The position numbers and the translations under genes are program-made. Below are positions 38,328 through 48,218 of a DNA stretch of 64,000 nucleotides, piece by piece. Origin of the DNA: an uncultured Holophaga sp. (GTDB lineage Bacteria > Acidobacteriota > Holophagae > Holophagales > Holophagaceae); NCBI GenBank assembly GCA_963664825.1, contig OY761614.1, forward strand, positions 480,001 to 544,000. Reading direction: 5' to 3'. Each line of letters begins with the position of its first letter. The first letter of the stretch is position 1. The notes beneath the pieces are model-generated. The model worked only from the letters and a program-made list of their open reading frames with translations, ran no database searches and was not told where the DNA came from.

Positions 38328-39470
38328 CTACCTCACTGCGGCCTTCAGCGCCGCGATCTTGTCCGTCTTCTCCCAACTGAACTCGGCGCGGCCAAAGTGG
38401 CCGTAGGACGCCGTGGACTGGTAGATGGGACGCCTCAGATCCAGGGCCTCGATCATGGCCTTGGGCGTGCAGCTGAAGACCTCCCGCACGGCCTTCACGA
38501 TGGCCTCGTCGGCCACATGGTTGGTGCCGAAGGTGTCTACGCTCACAGATACCGGTTCGGCCACGCCAATGGCGTAGGCCAGTTGCAGCTCGCACTTGTC
38601 GGCCAGACCGGCGGCCACGATATTCTTGGCAATGTAGCGCCCCATATAGGCCGCGGAGCGATCCACCTTGCTGGGATCCTTGCCGCTGAAGGCGCCGCCT
38701 CCGTGGTGGCCCGCGCCGCCATAGGTATCGACGATGATCTTGCGGCCCGTGAGTCCGCAGTCTCCCATAGGCCCCCCAATGACGAAGCGGCCCGTGGGGT
38801 TGATGTAGATCTTGGTCTTGGCGTCCAGCAGGTTCTCAGGCAGCGCGTAGCGGATGACCAGTTTCTCGATCTCCGCATGGAGGGTGGCATTGGTGATGGC
38901 ATCGTCATGCTGAGTGCTCACCACCACCGCATCGATGCGCTTGACCTTGTCGCCATCGTATTCCACGGTCACCTGGGACTTGCCGTCCGGGCGCAGCCAG
39001 GGCAGCAAACCATCCTTGCGGACCTCCGCGAGGCGCCGGGTGAGGCTATGGGCGTATTCGATGGCCGCAGGCATCAGCTCCGGAGTCTCCCGGGTGGCGT
39101 ACCCGAACATCAGGCCCTGGTCCCCGGCTCCTCCCGTGTCCACCCCCATGGCGATATCGGGACTCTGCTGATCCAGGGCCACCACCACACCGCAGGTCTG
39201 GCAGTCGAAACCCTTGGCGCTATGGTCGTAGCCGATGCCCCGGACCACCTCGCGCACGAGTTGGGCCACGGGAATGTAGGTCTGGGTGGTGATCTCGCCG
39301 GCTACCACTACCAGCCCGGTGGTGATGAGAGTCTCACAGGCCACTCGGCTCATGGCGTCATCGCCCAAGGCCGCATCCAGCACCGCATCGCTGATCTGAT
39401 CGGCCATCTTGTCGGGATGGCCTTCTGTGACGCTCTCGGAGGTGAACAGATGCCTGCCGGTCTTCGCCAT
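38328..39470 (-). CDS. metK: S-adenosylmethionine synthetase
   Basis: [57 protein letters not shown]. Confidence 0.99.
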   Translation of the reverse strand: MAKTGRHLFTSESVTEGHPDKMADQISDAVLDAALGDDAMSRVACETLITTGLVVVAGEITTQTYIPVAQLVREVVRGIGYDHSAKGFDCQTCGVVVALDQQSPDIAMGVDTGGAGDQGLMFGYATRETPELMPAAIEYAHSLTRRLAEVRKDGLLPWLRPDGKSQVTVEYDGDKVKRIDAVVVSTQHDDAITNATLHAEIEKLVIRYALPENLLDAKTKIYINPTGRFVIGGPMGDCGLTGRKIIVDTYGGAGHHGGGAFSGKDPSKVDRSAAYMGRYIAKNIVAAGLADKCELQLAYAIGVAEPVSVSVDTFGTNHVADEAIVKAVREVFSCTPKAMIEALDLRRPIYQSTASYGHFGRAEFSWEKTDKIAALKAAVR

Positions 39471-39622
39471 ACTTTTCTCCTTTACGTCTCCATTGACCTT
39501 GGATGCTCGGACGCCGGAGGCGGTACAGCATATCAGGGCGAGGCATTTCTCCCCCCGGGCAGCCCTGGTATGGTAGGGAAACCTCAACCGTCGACATCCG
39601 ACCCTTTCCAACGGAGCGTCCC

Positions 39623-40765
39623 ATGACCCTGAACCGCTTTACCCGACATCTGATCGGCGCTTTGGCCGTCGCCATGCTTGTCCTGGCCCCAGCCTGCGGC
39701 AAGAAGGGCCCCGAGGAGCCCAAGGAGTTCAAGGACATCACCCAGAAGGTCGGGGAGATGGACAAGCTGAGCCAGAAGCAGAACGCGGTTGGCCAGGAGC
39801 AGGCCCAGAAGCTCAAGGAGGCCGGTGTCACCGACATCAAGCCCGGCGAGACCATGCAGCTCACAGAGGAGCAGAAGAAGGCCCTGGAAGACCGCATCAA
39901 GGCCGAGAAAAACAGCTCCTACCAGGCCCTCCTCCAGGAAGTCCTAGACAAGGACAAGGAGATCAAGGACCTCAACGAGAAGATCACCAAGCTCCGCGCC
40001 CAGCTCCCCAAGCCCGATATGGCCAAGGAGGGCGATAGCCACTACGCCATGGCCCTGCACTTCCTGCGTAAGAAGGGCGTGAAGGAGACCGAGGCCAAGC
40101 GCCTCATCAGCCGCGTCAACATCATGGAGAAACTGGCCAAGGGCTTCGAGGTCTACCACTTCTATAGCAACGGCGTCTACGGCACCTGGGTCAGCCAGGG
40201 CAGGGCCAAGATCAGCCCCAACGATCTGATCCGGGAAGAGCGCGAAAAGGTCGAGGGCGAACGCGACACCGCCATGGCCCATGGCGAAGTGCTCCAGGAT
40301 GAAGTGAACGATCTGCTTTCCCAGAAGGCCAAGATCACCTCCGAGATCGAGGGCCTCCGCAGCGAAAAGGCCAAGCTCATCAACGATATGAACGCCCTCT
40401 CCGCCACCAACGAGCAGCAGAAGTCCAAGCTCAATAGCCTCCACTACGTGGTCGGCGACCGCAAGCAGTTGGAGAAGAGCGGCGTGATCATCGTCCCCGT
40501 CTTCGCCAAGGACCGCGCCGGCAAGAACTGGAAGGACGATGTCTTCAACAAATCCCTGGACCTCCGCTCCAACGACACCATCACCATCCATGCCAGCGAG
40601 ATCGGCCTCAAGCAGATCGGCAAGGTGAGCGTGGTGCCCGGCTCCTATGTCAAGGACGAGCACTACAAGGTGACGATCAGCCCCGATAAGGCCTCCGCCA
40701 CCGTCAAGCTCATCACCAAGGAGCGCTTCAAGAACGACAAGGTCGTCTTCGCCGTCACCGACTAA
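39623..40765 (+). CDS. Lipoprotein with long coiled coils, function unknown
   Basis: Lipobox LAPAC; K/E-rich heptad stretches; strongly biased codons; SD GGAG. Confidence 0.8.
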   Translation: MTLNRFTRHLIGALAVAMLVLAPACGKKGPEEPKEFKDITQKVGEMDKLSQKQNAVGQEQAQKLKEAGVTDIKPGETMQLTEEQKKALEDRIKAEKNSSYQALLQEVLDKDKEIKDLNEKITKLRAQLPKPDMAKEGDSHYAMALHFLRKKGVKETEAKRLISRVNIMEKLAKGFEVYHFYSNGVYGTWVSQGRAKISPNDLIREEREKVEGERDTAMAHGEVLQDEVNDLLSQKAKITSEIEGLRSEKAKLINDMNALSATNEQQKSKLNSLHYVVGDRKQLEKSGVIIVPVFAKDRAGKNWKDDVFNKSLDLRSNDTITIHASEIGLKQIGKVSVVPGSYVKDEHYKVTISPDKASATVKLITKERFKNDKVVFAVTD

Positions 40766-40850
40766 TGCTGTAAAGGAGGGACCGCCTGCTCACTGCGTTC
40801 GCGACGTCCCCCCTTCACGTCCGCTCCGCCCATCGAGGGACCGCCTGATG

Positions 40851-40877
40851 GAAAGCCCCCGATTCCGGGGGCTTTTC
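40851..40877. terminator. Bidirectional intrinsic terminator
   Basis: GAAAGCCCCCG-attc-CGGGGGCTTTTC between convergent genes. Confidence 0.85.
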
Positions 40878-40900
40878 GTTGGAAGGGGCGGCTCCCTGCT

Positions 40901-41317
40901 TCAGTTCACAATCTTGATGCGCCTGGGTGCAGGCGGGCGAGGGGTGTCCTTGCCCACCAGGATGCGCTCCAGGAGGCCCGCGACCACGCTGGTCACCAGG
41001 GCGCCGAAGAAACCCGCCCAGAAGCTATCCACACGGAAGCCCAGGCCCAGTTTGGTGGAGAGATTGCCCACCAGCCAGAAAACCAGGCCATTGATCACCA
41101 TGCTGAAGCAGCCCAGGGAACACGCCACGGGAATGAAGGCGATGAACTTCAGGAGAACCCCCAGGGTCGCGTTCAGGACACCCAGGAGCACGGCCACCAC
41201 GATCAGTTCCAGGAAGCTGCCCCTGTGGAGCCCGCTCACCAGGGCCGAAGCGATCAGGAGGCCGATGGCCGAGAAGAGGAAACGGAGGATCGTGCGCAGA
41301 TTACCCATGCGTTCCAT
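40901..41317 (-). CDS. Phage holin family 4 (YvlD/DUF360) membrane protein
   Basis: Four TM helices; LLGVLNATLGVLLK, SLGCFSMVINGLVFW, FRVDSFWAGFFGALV. Confidence 0.85.
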   Translation of the reverse strand: MERMGNLRTILRFLFSAIGLLIASALVSGLHRGSFLELIVVAVLLGVLNATLGVLLKFIAFIPVACSLGCFSMVINGLVFWLVGNLSTKLGLGFRVDSFWAGFFGALVTSVVAGLLERILVGKDTPRPPAPRRIKIVN

Positions 41318-41435
41318 GATCGCGGAAAACAACTCCAGGGGAAATCCGTTGTACGAACCCTGGGCGCGGGCCCCAAGAGCATTTCCAAATCGGCCCAAGC
41401 CGCCTATCCTCAATAGGACTTAGGGGCCACCCTCG

Positions 41436-42044
41436 ATGATCTACTGGATTTCCCACACCCTGGGCCGCCTCGTCGGCCACCTCTGTTTCCATCACCGCAC
41501 CCTCCACCGGGAGCGGATCCCGGAATCCGGCGGCGCCCTCATCGTGACCAACCATGCCAGCTACCTGGATCCACCGGTGGTCTCCATCGCCTTCCGGAAA
41601 CCCCTCTACTGCCTGGCTCGCAAATCCCTCTTCAAGGGCTTCCTGGGCTGGCTGCTGCCCCGTATCAAGGTCCTGCCCGTGGACCGTGGCAAAGGGGACC
41701 TGGCCGGTCTCAAGCGCATCCTCCATCTCCTCCAGGAGGGGAACCGGGTCCTCATCTTCCCCGAAGGCACTAGGTCTCCCGATGGGACTCTCCAGAGGGC
41801 CGAGGCCGGCATTGGATTCATCATCGACAAGTGCCACGTGCCCGTAATTCCCGTGCGGATCTTCGGCGCCTTCGAGTGTTTCCCGCGCACGGCGAAATAC
41901 CCTCGCCTGGGCCCCATCACCATCGTGGCCGGGCCCCCGGTGGACTTCTCAGACCTGCCCCCGGAACTCACCGGCCGAGCGCGCCATCAGGCCTGCGCCG
42001 ACCGGGCCATGGAGGCCCTGGCCGCGCTCCGGATCGAGGATTGA
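41436..42044 (+). CDS. plsC: 1-acyl-sn-glycerol-3-phosphate acyltransferase
   Basis: NHASYLD, PVDR, IFPEGTRS. Confidence 0.92.
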   Translation: MIYWISHTLGRLVGHLCFHHRTLHRERIPESGGALIVTNHASYLDPPVVSIAFRKPLYCLARKSLFKGFLGWLLPRIKVLPVDRGKGDLAGLKRILHLLQEGNRVLIFPEGTRSPDGTLQRAEAGIGFIIDKCHVPVIPVRIFGAFECFPRTAKYPRLGPITIVAGPPVDFSDLPPELTGRARHQACADRAMEALAALRIED

Positions 42045-42052
42045 CCCCGAGC

Positions 42053-43513
42053 CTAAAACCGCCTCAGGGCCGCCAGAAGTTCATCCAGGGGCACGCTCAC
42101 GATGGCCGAGGCGCGGTCGCTCATGGCATAGGGCAGGATGAGTTCGCGGCCGTGGAGGAGGGAGCCGCAACTGTAGACCACATTGGGCACATAGCCCTCG
42201 CGTCCCAGGCCTTCAGGCATCAGCAAGGGCTCCGGCAGACGACCGAGGACTTGGGTCGGGTCCTTGAGATCCAGCAGCGCCGCCCCGATGCAGTACTTGC
42301 GCATGGGGCCGACCCCATGGGTGATGACCAGCCAACCGGCCTCGGTCTCGATGGGCGATCCACAGTTCCCGATCTTCACCGATTCCCACATCTCCGCAGG
42401 CCGCAGGAGCACCTTCGCATCGCTCCAGTAGTGGGCATTATCCGAAAACATGAGGAAGAGGTTCTCGTCATCCTCCCGGGAGAGCATGGCGTAACAGCCA
42501 TCGATGCGCCTAGGGAAGAGGGCCATGCCCTTGTTCTGCACGGCTGTGCCATTGAGGGTGAGCACCCGGAAGTGCAGGAAGTCCTCCGTCTCGATGAGCT
42601 GGGGCAGGATGGCGTGCCCATTGTAGGCCGTGTAGGTGGCGTAGTACATCACCGTGCCATCGTCTTCGGTGAAACGCACGAAGCGCGCGTCCTCGATGCC
42701 GTTGCTCTCGTTGGGGGAGACGGGAAAGATGATGCGCTCGCTCATGGCCAGCTCCGGCGAGAAGTGCATCTCGTAGTTGGAGTCGGCGAGCCATTGAATG
42801 CAATTAAGGGTGCTGGTGAGGCCTTGGGTGACGGGCACCGTCTCCCGCCGGACACGGCCCACACTGCGGTTCAGATCGCTCCGGGTGAAGCCCTCCCCGA
42901 GAGGAGCCATTACGGCAGCCGATGCGCCGTTATCGAAGCCCATCTCGTGCAGTTTGACGATGAAGGGCGTCTTCATGTAGCTGGGATTGGGGTCGATCTC
43001 GGGCACGGTGACAAAGCGGGAGACGGGGTCGAGACAGATCCCGCCCTCGGGTGTGATGAGGCCACTGCGGAATTCGATCGATGAGATGTGCCCTTCTCCC
43101 GTGGCGCGCAGGCTCAGGATGAAGCGCAGCCCCCCTTCGGGTACTCCCCCCTGATCGGGATGGGGCACCATGGAGGGGTTGAATAGGGCGGCCGATTCCA
43201 GCGCGTATTCTCCGGAAAAGAGCGCGCCGATGAGGAGCTGGCGCGCGCGGGAGAGGGGACGCTGGGTGAAGACATGGGGCAGCACCCGAGCGAAATTCGC
43301 CAGCAGGGGGCTCTCGAGATCGAGGTGCCGGGAGGCGAATTCCTTTAGCACGGCCTCCAGATCGCGCTCCACCTCCTCTTCGCTCAGGGCCAGGGCGCGG
43401 CCGATGATGGTGGTGACGCGGTGCGTGCTGGAAGGGACGAAGGGACGAAGGATGACCCGGGCACTCTCGGGCACGAGGGTCATGGCGTGGCGGCGAAGGG
43501 TGAGCGGTTTCAC
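42053..43513 (-). CDS. Glycoside hydrolase family 130 (mannoside phosphorylase/hydrolase-like)
   Basis: EYALESAALFNPS, GIEDARFV, QNKGMALFP, KIGNCGSP, EGYVPNVVYSCG. Confidence 0.9.
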   Translation of the reverse strand: MKPLTLRRHAMTLVPESARVILRPFVPSSTHRVTTIIGRALALSEEEVERDLEAVLKEFASRHLDLESPLLANFARVLPHVFTQRPLSRARQLLIGALFSGEYALESAALFNPSMVPHPDQGGVPEGGLRFILSLRATGEGHISSIEFRSGLITPEGGICLDPVSRFVTVPEIDPNPSYMKTPFIVKLHEMGFDNGASAAVMAPLGEGFTRSDLNRSVGRVRRETVPVTQGLTSTLNCIQWLADSNYEMHFSPELAMSERIIFPVSPNESNGIEDARFVRFTEDDGTVMYYATYTAYNGHAILPQLIETEDFLHFRVLTLNGTAVQNKGMALFPRRIDGCYAMLSREDDENLFLMFSDNAHYWSDAKVLLRPAEMWESVKIGNCGSPIETEAGWLVITHGVGPMRKYCIGAALLDLKDPTQVLGRLPEPLLMPEGLGREGYVPNVVYSCGSLLHGRELILPYAMSDRASAIVSVPLDELLAALRRF

Positions 43514-45792
43514 TGGACGGCCTTGGGAGGAAGGGCGATCAGGTGCTCGGCGAAACTCATCTCGGCCAGGGAGAGATGGAAGGCGAGGGTGGATTCGGCC
43601 CCCTGGTTCTCGTTGACCCGGTCCGCGTGCAGCCCATCCCCGCAGCCCCCGGTGCTGGAATCGTAGAGGGGCAGGCCCAGATCATTGCGCCCGAGGAACC
43701 ACTCGAAGGCCCGCTTCGCCTCCCGGGACCAGGAGACATCCTGGGTGGCCCGGAAGGCCTCCAGACAAGCCGCGACCATCGCCTGGGCCTCCACCGGTTG
43801 CTGATCGAAATCGGCCCTGGCGCCGCCGCGCGTGTAGAAGCCGTTGCTGCCGATGGGCCGGAAATGACCGGCCTGGGTCCTCTGAAGGGAGGCCAGCCAG
43901 CGCAGGGATTTGAGGCCAATCTCCAGCGCCTCGGCATGGGGCATCCACTGCCCGCTGAGAATCAGGGCCTGGCACAGCCGCGCATTATCGTAGGTGGCGC
44001 TGGGCTCGAACCAGGGCCAGTCATGGGTCGCACACGCCTTCCAGAGGTTCACGAGCTTGCCCGTGAGCGCTGCCCGGACAGCGACCACCTCGGGATGGCC
44101 GGGAAAGCGCCGCAGGTATTCGTGGATACCCAGCAGCGTGAAGGCCCAGGCTCGGGGTGACGTGAAGGTTTCCACCACGGAGAGCCCGCGGTCGAAGAGC
44201 TGGGAGGAGAGCTTCCGGTGTCCCTCGTTGCGGGAGCGCCCCGCACCCGTGCCCAGGGCCCAGAGGGCCCGCGCATGGCAGTCCTCGCTGCCCGAGGCCT
44301 CCAGCCACTGCCGTCCGTGGCTCATAAAATTCCGGAAGCGATTCGTCTCGGGATTCAGCGCCGCGAACAGGAACGCGAGATAGCTCGTGGCCAGCCGATC
44401 GAGTTTTTCCTCCGGGGGCCGCCCTCCCAGATCATCCATCAGGGTGCAGAGGATGAAGGCCCGGGCGTTGTCATCGGTACAGTAGCCTTCGTGGAAGTTC
44501 GGCACATTGAAGATGGCGTGCTGGAAGATGCCGGTGGCATCGCTCATGCGCACCACATGGCTGAGCCGGAGCGGAGGCAAATCATAGGGTCGGCTGGCGA
44601 GCGTCCAACCGGCGAAGGCCGCTCGGGGCGTGGCCCTGCGCTCGGTGCGCACACGCTGGAAGGTCTCGAGGTAGCGCCCCGCCACCTCGGGCCAGACCCA
44701 TGCCCGCCCACACTGGTAGGCCTTCTCCCGAGTCTCCTGCAGTTTGGCCGGATCATCCAGATACCCGCATACGCCTTCGGCGATGGCGTGGGGATCATGG
44801 AAGGGCACAAGCGTTCCCCGCCCCTCGGCGAGCAATTCTTGGGCGTGCCAGTAAGGCGTGGAAACCACCGCCTTGCCCGCGCCGAAGACGTAGGCCAGGG
44901 TGCCCGAGGTGATCTGCGCCTCGTTGAGATAGGGAGTGAGGTAGATGTCGGTCGCGCCGATGAACTCCTTGAGATCATCCAGGGACACGAAGCGGTTGTA
45001 GAAGATCACGTGTTCCTTGACGCCGAGATCCTCCGCCAGCCGCTCCAGACCCAGGCGGTAGCTCTCCCCTTCCCGGGCCACCAGATGGGGATGGGTGGCA
45101 CCCAATATCAGATAGACCACGTTGGGATGGCGTTTCACGATCTCCGGCAGGGCCTCGATAGCGTGTTCGATGCCCTTGCCGGGGCCCAGGAGCCCGAAGG
45201 TGAGCAGCACCATGCGGCCTTCCACACCGAACTGCGCCTTGTAGAAACTGGACTCAATGAAGGGCATGTCCGGAATGCCGTGGGGGATGATGTCCACCTT
45301 GGCGTCCGGAACGCCATAGGTCTCCCGCAGGATCGAGGCGCCCTTGCGGGCCATCACCACCAGGCGATCCGAGCGCCGGATCAGTTCCTCCATCACCATC
45401 CGCTGATCGGCATTGGGCTCGCGCAGGACCGTGTGCAGGGTCGTCACCACGGGCATGCGGACTTCCTTGAGCAGGGCCAGCAGGTGGCTCCCGGCGGCTC
45501 CGCCGTAGATGCCGAACTCGTGCTGCACGCACAGCACGTCGGCGTTATTGAAATTGAGGAAATCCGCGGCGCGCCGGTAGGAATCCAGATCCTTCTGATC
45601 CACCTCGAAACGCACCCGGGAGGGATAGTCGTAGCCCTCGAGCCGATCATTCACCGCGCCCGAATAGCACTGGGAGCCCGGCGAAGCCGCCGCCACAGCC
45701 TCACAGAGATCGTGGGTGAAGGTGGCGATGCCACAGAGCCGGGGCAGGAAGCCCCCCAGGAAAGCGATGCGTTCGGGCCGCGTGGAGTCCAT
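43510..45792 (-). CDS. GT4 glycosyltransferase fused to a C-terminal (alpha/alpha)6-barrel-like domain
   Basis: PRLCGIATFT, QHEFGIYGG, TFGLLGPGKGIE, QITSGTL, STPYWHA; C-domain GYCTDDNARA, FDQQPVEA, NENQGAESTL. Confidence 0.9.
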   Translation of the reverse strand: MDSTRPERIAFLGGFLPRLCGIATFTHDLCEAVAAASPGSQCYSGAVNDRLEGYDYPSRVRFEVDQKDLDSYRRAADFLNFNNADVLCVQHEFGIYGGAAGSHLLALLKEVRMPVVTTLHTVLREPNADQRMVMEELIRRSDRLVVMARKGASILRETYGVPDAKVDIIPHGIPDMPFIESSFYKAQFGVEGRMVLLTFGLLGPGKGIEHAIEALPEIVKRHPNVVYLILGATHPHLVAREGESYRLGLERLAEDLGVKEHVIFYNRFVSLDDLKEFIGATDIYLTPYLNEAQITSGTLAYVFGAGKAVVSTPYWHAQELLAEGRGTLVPFHDPHAIAEGVCGYLDDPAKLQETREKAYQCGRAWVWPEVAGRYLETFQRVRTERRATPRAAFAGWTLASRPYDLPPLRLSHVVRMSDATGIFQHAIFNVPNFHEGYCTDDNARAFILCTLMDDLGGRPPEEKLDRLATSYLAFLFAALNPETNRFRNFMSHGRQWLEASGSEDCHARALWALGTGAGRSRNEGHRKLSSQLFDRGLSVVETFTSPRAWAFTLLGIHEYLRRFPGHPEVVAVRAALTGKLVNLWKACATHDWPWFEPSATYDNARLCQALILSGQWMPHAEALEIGLKSLRWLASLQRTQAGHFRPIGSNGFYTRGGARADFDQQPVEAQAMVAACLEAFRATQDVSWSREAKRAFEWFLGRNDLGLPLYDSSTGGCGDGLHADRVNENQGAESTLAFHLSLAEMSFAEHLIALPPKAVQ

Positions 45793-45936
45793 CGGATGGT
45801 TCCTCTCGTTCGCTGCAACACGTCCCAGCGCGCCCAGTTGTCTGGACAGAGTTTACCACCCATGGCCCCCCCAGCCCCGAATGGCCTTAGGGGGTCCCAG
45901 TAAAAATCGATATCGATCCGTCAGGCCGGAGTCGCC

Positions 45937-47073
45937 CTATTTCAGCCCAAGCTCCGCGGCGATGGCAGGGGGAATGGCCTTCCGATGCACCATGATGGCG
46001 ATGCCCTTCATGAGCATGAAGCTGCGGGAGATGTAGACATAGCCCTTGTGGGGGCCCACGTTGGCCCCATCGCCCCAGCTGTTCTTGGTGAGGAAGAAGC
46101 GATGGCCCGCCTGGTCCTTGGCCAGACCCACGATATGCATGAGGTGATCGTCGGTGGTGCGGAAGTCGTCGAAGGACTGCTGGCGCAGTTCGGCGGTGGG
46201 CTCCAGCTCCGCCTCGGGCACATTGGGCTCGTTCTTCTGATCGACCACCTTCGGAATGAAGGCGTATCCGAGGGTCTTCTGGCTGAATTCCTTCTCGGAG
46301 ACATCCCCATCCCACACGAAGGAATAGCCATTTCGGAGGGCGTTCTCCATCACCTGTTCGAGTTCCTCGAGAGGCAGGTTGTAGTAGCGGTTGTCCTGGG
46401 CCCAGTTATCGTGGATCTCCATGCGGAAGGGCTTGTGATAGGGGTGGTGGGTGAAGCTGGTGAGTTCCACGTAGGCATCCAGGTCCAGCCCCAGCCCATC
46501 CCGGAAGCTCTCCGGCGTATAGCTCTTGCCCTGATAGGTGAAGCTCACCGGGGGCTTGCCCAGGTAGACATCTAGCACCGCCTGGAAGGCCGCGGGCCAT
46601 TTCGGGGTGGGCTGCTTGCCCTTGGCGGCCGCGTCCATGACTCCCCGGAGGGCAGCGTCCATCTCGCCGTGGGAATGGGTCGTCTCCCCGCTCGCCAGCC
46701 CCGTGTAGGCTTCCCGAGGCACGATGCCGTGGGCCTTCGCCGCGTTGATCCAATCGTGGGCCTGGCCCCCCGGGCTCCAGGGCGCGACGCCCTGCATGCG
46801 GAAGTAGTTCCACGCCTTCTCGGGCCAGGTGTGGCGGATCACGAACATCTCCGAGAGGCCGACCTCGGGCTTGCCCAGGCGCAGCAGTTCGGATTCCAGG
46901 TAGCTGGTGGTGGCGAAGCACCAGCAGGTGCCGGATTTGCCCTGGGCCTTCACCGAGGTCCGGGCCACCTCCTTTTCCACCGTGAAGGTCCGATTGGGCT
47001 TGATCTCCACCGGGGGGGTCTGAGCGAAGGCGACCAGCGAGAAGCACACAGGTACGAGCAGGCGAAGGGACAT
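45937..47073 (-). CDS. pepC: Secreted C1B cysteine aminopeptidase (PepC/bleomycin hydrolase-like)
   Basis: Signal peptide; QGKSGTCWCF, TTDDHLMHIVG, KNSWG. Confidence 0.88.
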   Translation of the reverse strand: MSLRLLVPVCFSLVAFAQTPPVEIKPNRTFTVEKEVARTSVKAQGKSGTCWCFATTSYLESELLRLGKPEVGLSEMFVIRHTWPEKAWNYFRMQGVAPWSPGGQAHDWINAAKAHGIVPREAYTGLASGETTHSHGEMDAALRGVMDAAAKGKQPTPKWPAAFQAVLDVYLGKPPVSFTYQGKSYTPESFRDGLGLDLDAYVELTSFTHHPYHKPFRMEIHDNWAQDNRYYNLPLEELEQVMENALRNGYSFVWDGDVSEKEFSQKTLGYAFIPKVVDQKNEPNVPEAELEPTAELRQQSFDDFRTTDDHLMHIVGLAKDQAGHRFFLTKNSWGDGANVGPHKGYVYISRSFMLMKGIAIMVHRKAIPPAIAAELGLK

Positions 47074-47152
47074 GGCGGGCTCCACAAGGCCTCCATTGTA
47101 ATACGAGGCAAGCTTCCCGAAAGGCTCCTTTGTCGGGATGCCCCGGAGGACT

Positions 47153-48007
47153 TCAGGTCTTGTTCGGCGTTTTCCGCACCCAGGGCGCCAGGGACTTATC
47201 AAAGAAGGCCTGAAGCCCCGCATGGGCCTCGCCCCCCCCTCGGACCTCGGCGATGGCGCGAGCGTTGGCTTCCACCCGCTGGGCATCCGGCAGGGGCATG
47301 TCCCGCATCAGCTGGGCCTTGGTGCGCCGGGCGGCCTCGGGCCCGGCCTGGAGCCACTCCAGCAGTTGCGCCGCGAGCGCCGTTTCCAGGGATTCCCCGG
47401 GCTGCGTCAGGTGCTGGACCAGACCGCAGGCCATGGCCTCTTCCCCGTCGAAGCGCCGTCCCGAGAGCAGGAGAGGAGCCGCCCGGCCCAGCCCCAGCTT
47501 GCGCACCACGTAGGGGCTGATCAGCGCCGGGACAAGGCCCAGGCGCACTTCGGAAATCGCAAAGCGCGCCGAGGCTTCAGCCAACACCAGATCGGCGCAA
47601 GCCGCCAGACCAAATCCGCCTCCCAGGGCCGCCCCCTGCACTGCGCAGATCACCGGCGCCGGGAAGGCCGCCAGGCGATGGAACATGGCCCCCAGCTGGC
47701 GGGCATCGGCCAGATTCTCCTCCGGGGTATGGGCGGCCTGGGCCTGCATGTAGCCGAGATCGGCCCCAGCGCAGAAGATGCTCCCCTCCCCCACCAGCAG
47801 AAGCACGCGCAGGGCCTGGGGATCGAGCACCGATAGATCGAAGAGGGCACTGGAGAGTTCGGCGATCATGGTGGTATCGAAGGCGTTGTGCCGCTCGGGC
47901 CGGGCCAGCACTAGGCGCGCCACACCGTGTTCCAGCTGCTCGACCCGAAGGCGCTCCCCCCGGAAGAGGAGGCCCTGGTAGGAAAACCCTGGGATGGAGG
48001 CCGTCAT
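47153..48007 (-). CDS. Enoyl-CoA hydratase (methylglutaconyl-CoA hydratase-like)
   Basis: RPERHNAFD, FCAGADL, GAALGGGFGL, SEVRLGLVPALISPYV. Confidence 0.9.
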   Translation of the reverse strand: MTASIPGFSYQGLLFRGERLRVEQLEHGVARLVLARPERHNAFDTTMIAELSSALFDLSVLDPQALRVLLLVGEGSIFCAGADLGYMQAQAAHTPEENLADARQLGAMFHRLAAFPAPVICAVQGAALGGGFGLAACADLVLAEASARFAISEVRLGLVPALISPYVVRKLGLGRAAPLLLSGRRFDGEEAMACGLVQHLTQPGESLETALAAQLLEWLQAGPEAARRTKAQLMRDMPLPDAQRVEANARAIAEVRGGGEAHAGLQAFFDKSLAPWVRKTPNKT

Positions 48008-48218
48008 GACCGCCTCCGGGCCGGATTCACGGGAAGGGCCTCTGGGGAAACGGCAGGGATCGGGCACATGGAAGGCTCCAGATAGCACTCGCCTCGGGCG
48101 CGCAGGCGCCGGACAAAAGCGAACTCCAGAAATGGAAGGTGCCTTCATTCTGCCTAAGACTGCCCGGAATGGAACCTGGATTCGGAAAGAACCGGCTTCA
48201 CGCGCCCTCTGACAGCAA

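Noticed and set aside
38144..38405. metK repeat pair as a diversity-generating retroelement TR/VR
   Set aside because: The differences are mostly synonymous third-position changes, not adenine-specific, and no reverse transcriptase lies in the window.
40901..41317. Holin as evidence of a prophage
   Set aside because: YvlD/DUF360 proteins are common chromosomal membrane proteins, and no other phage genes are nearby.
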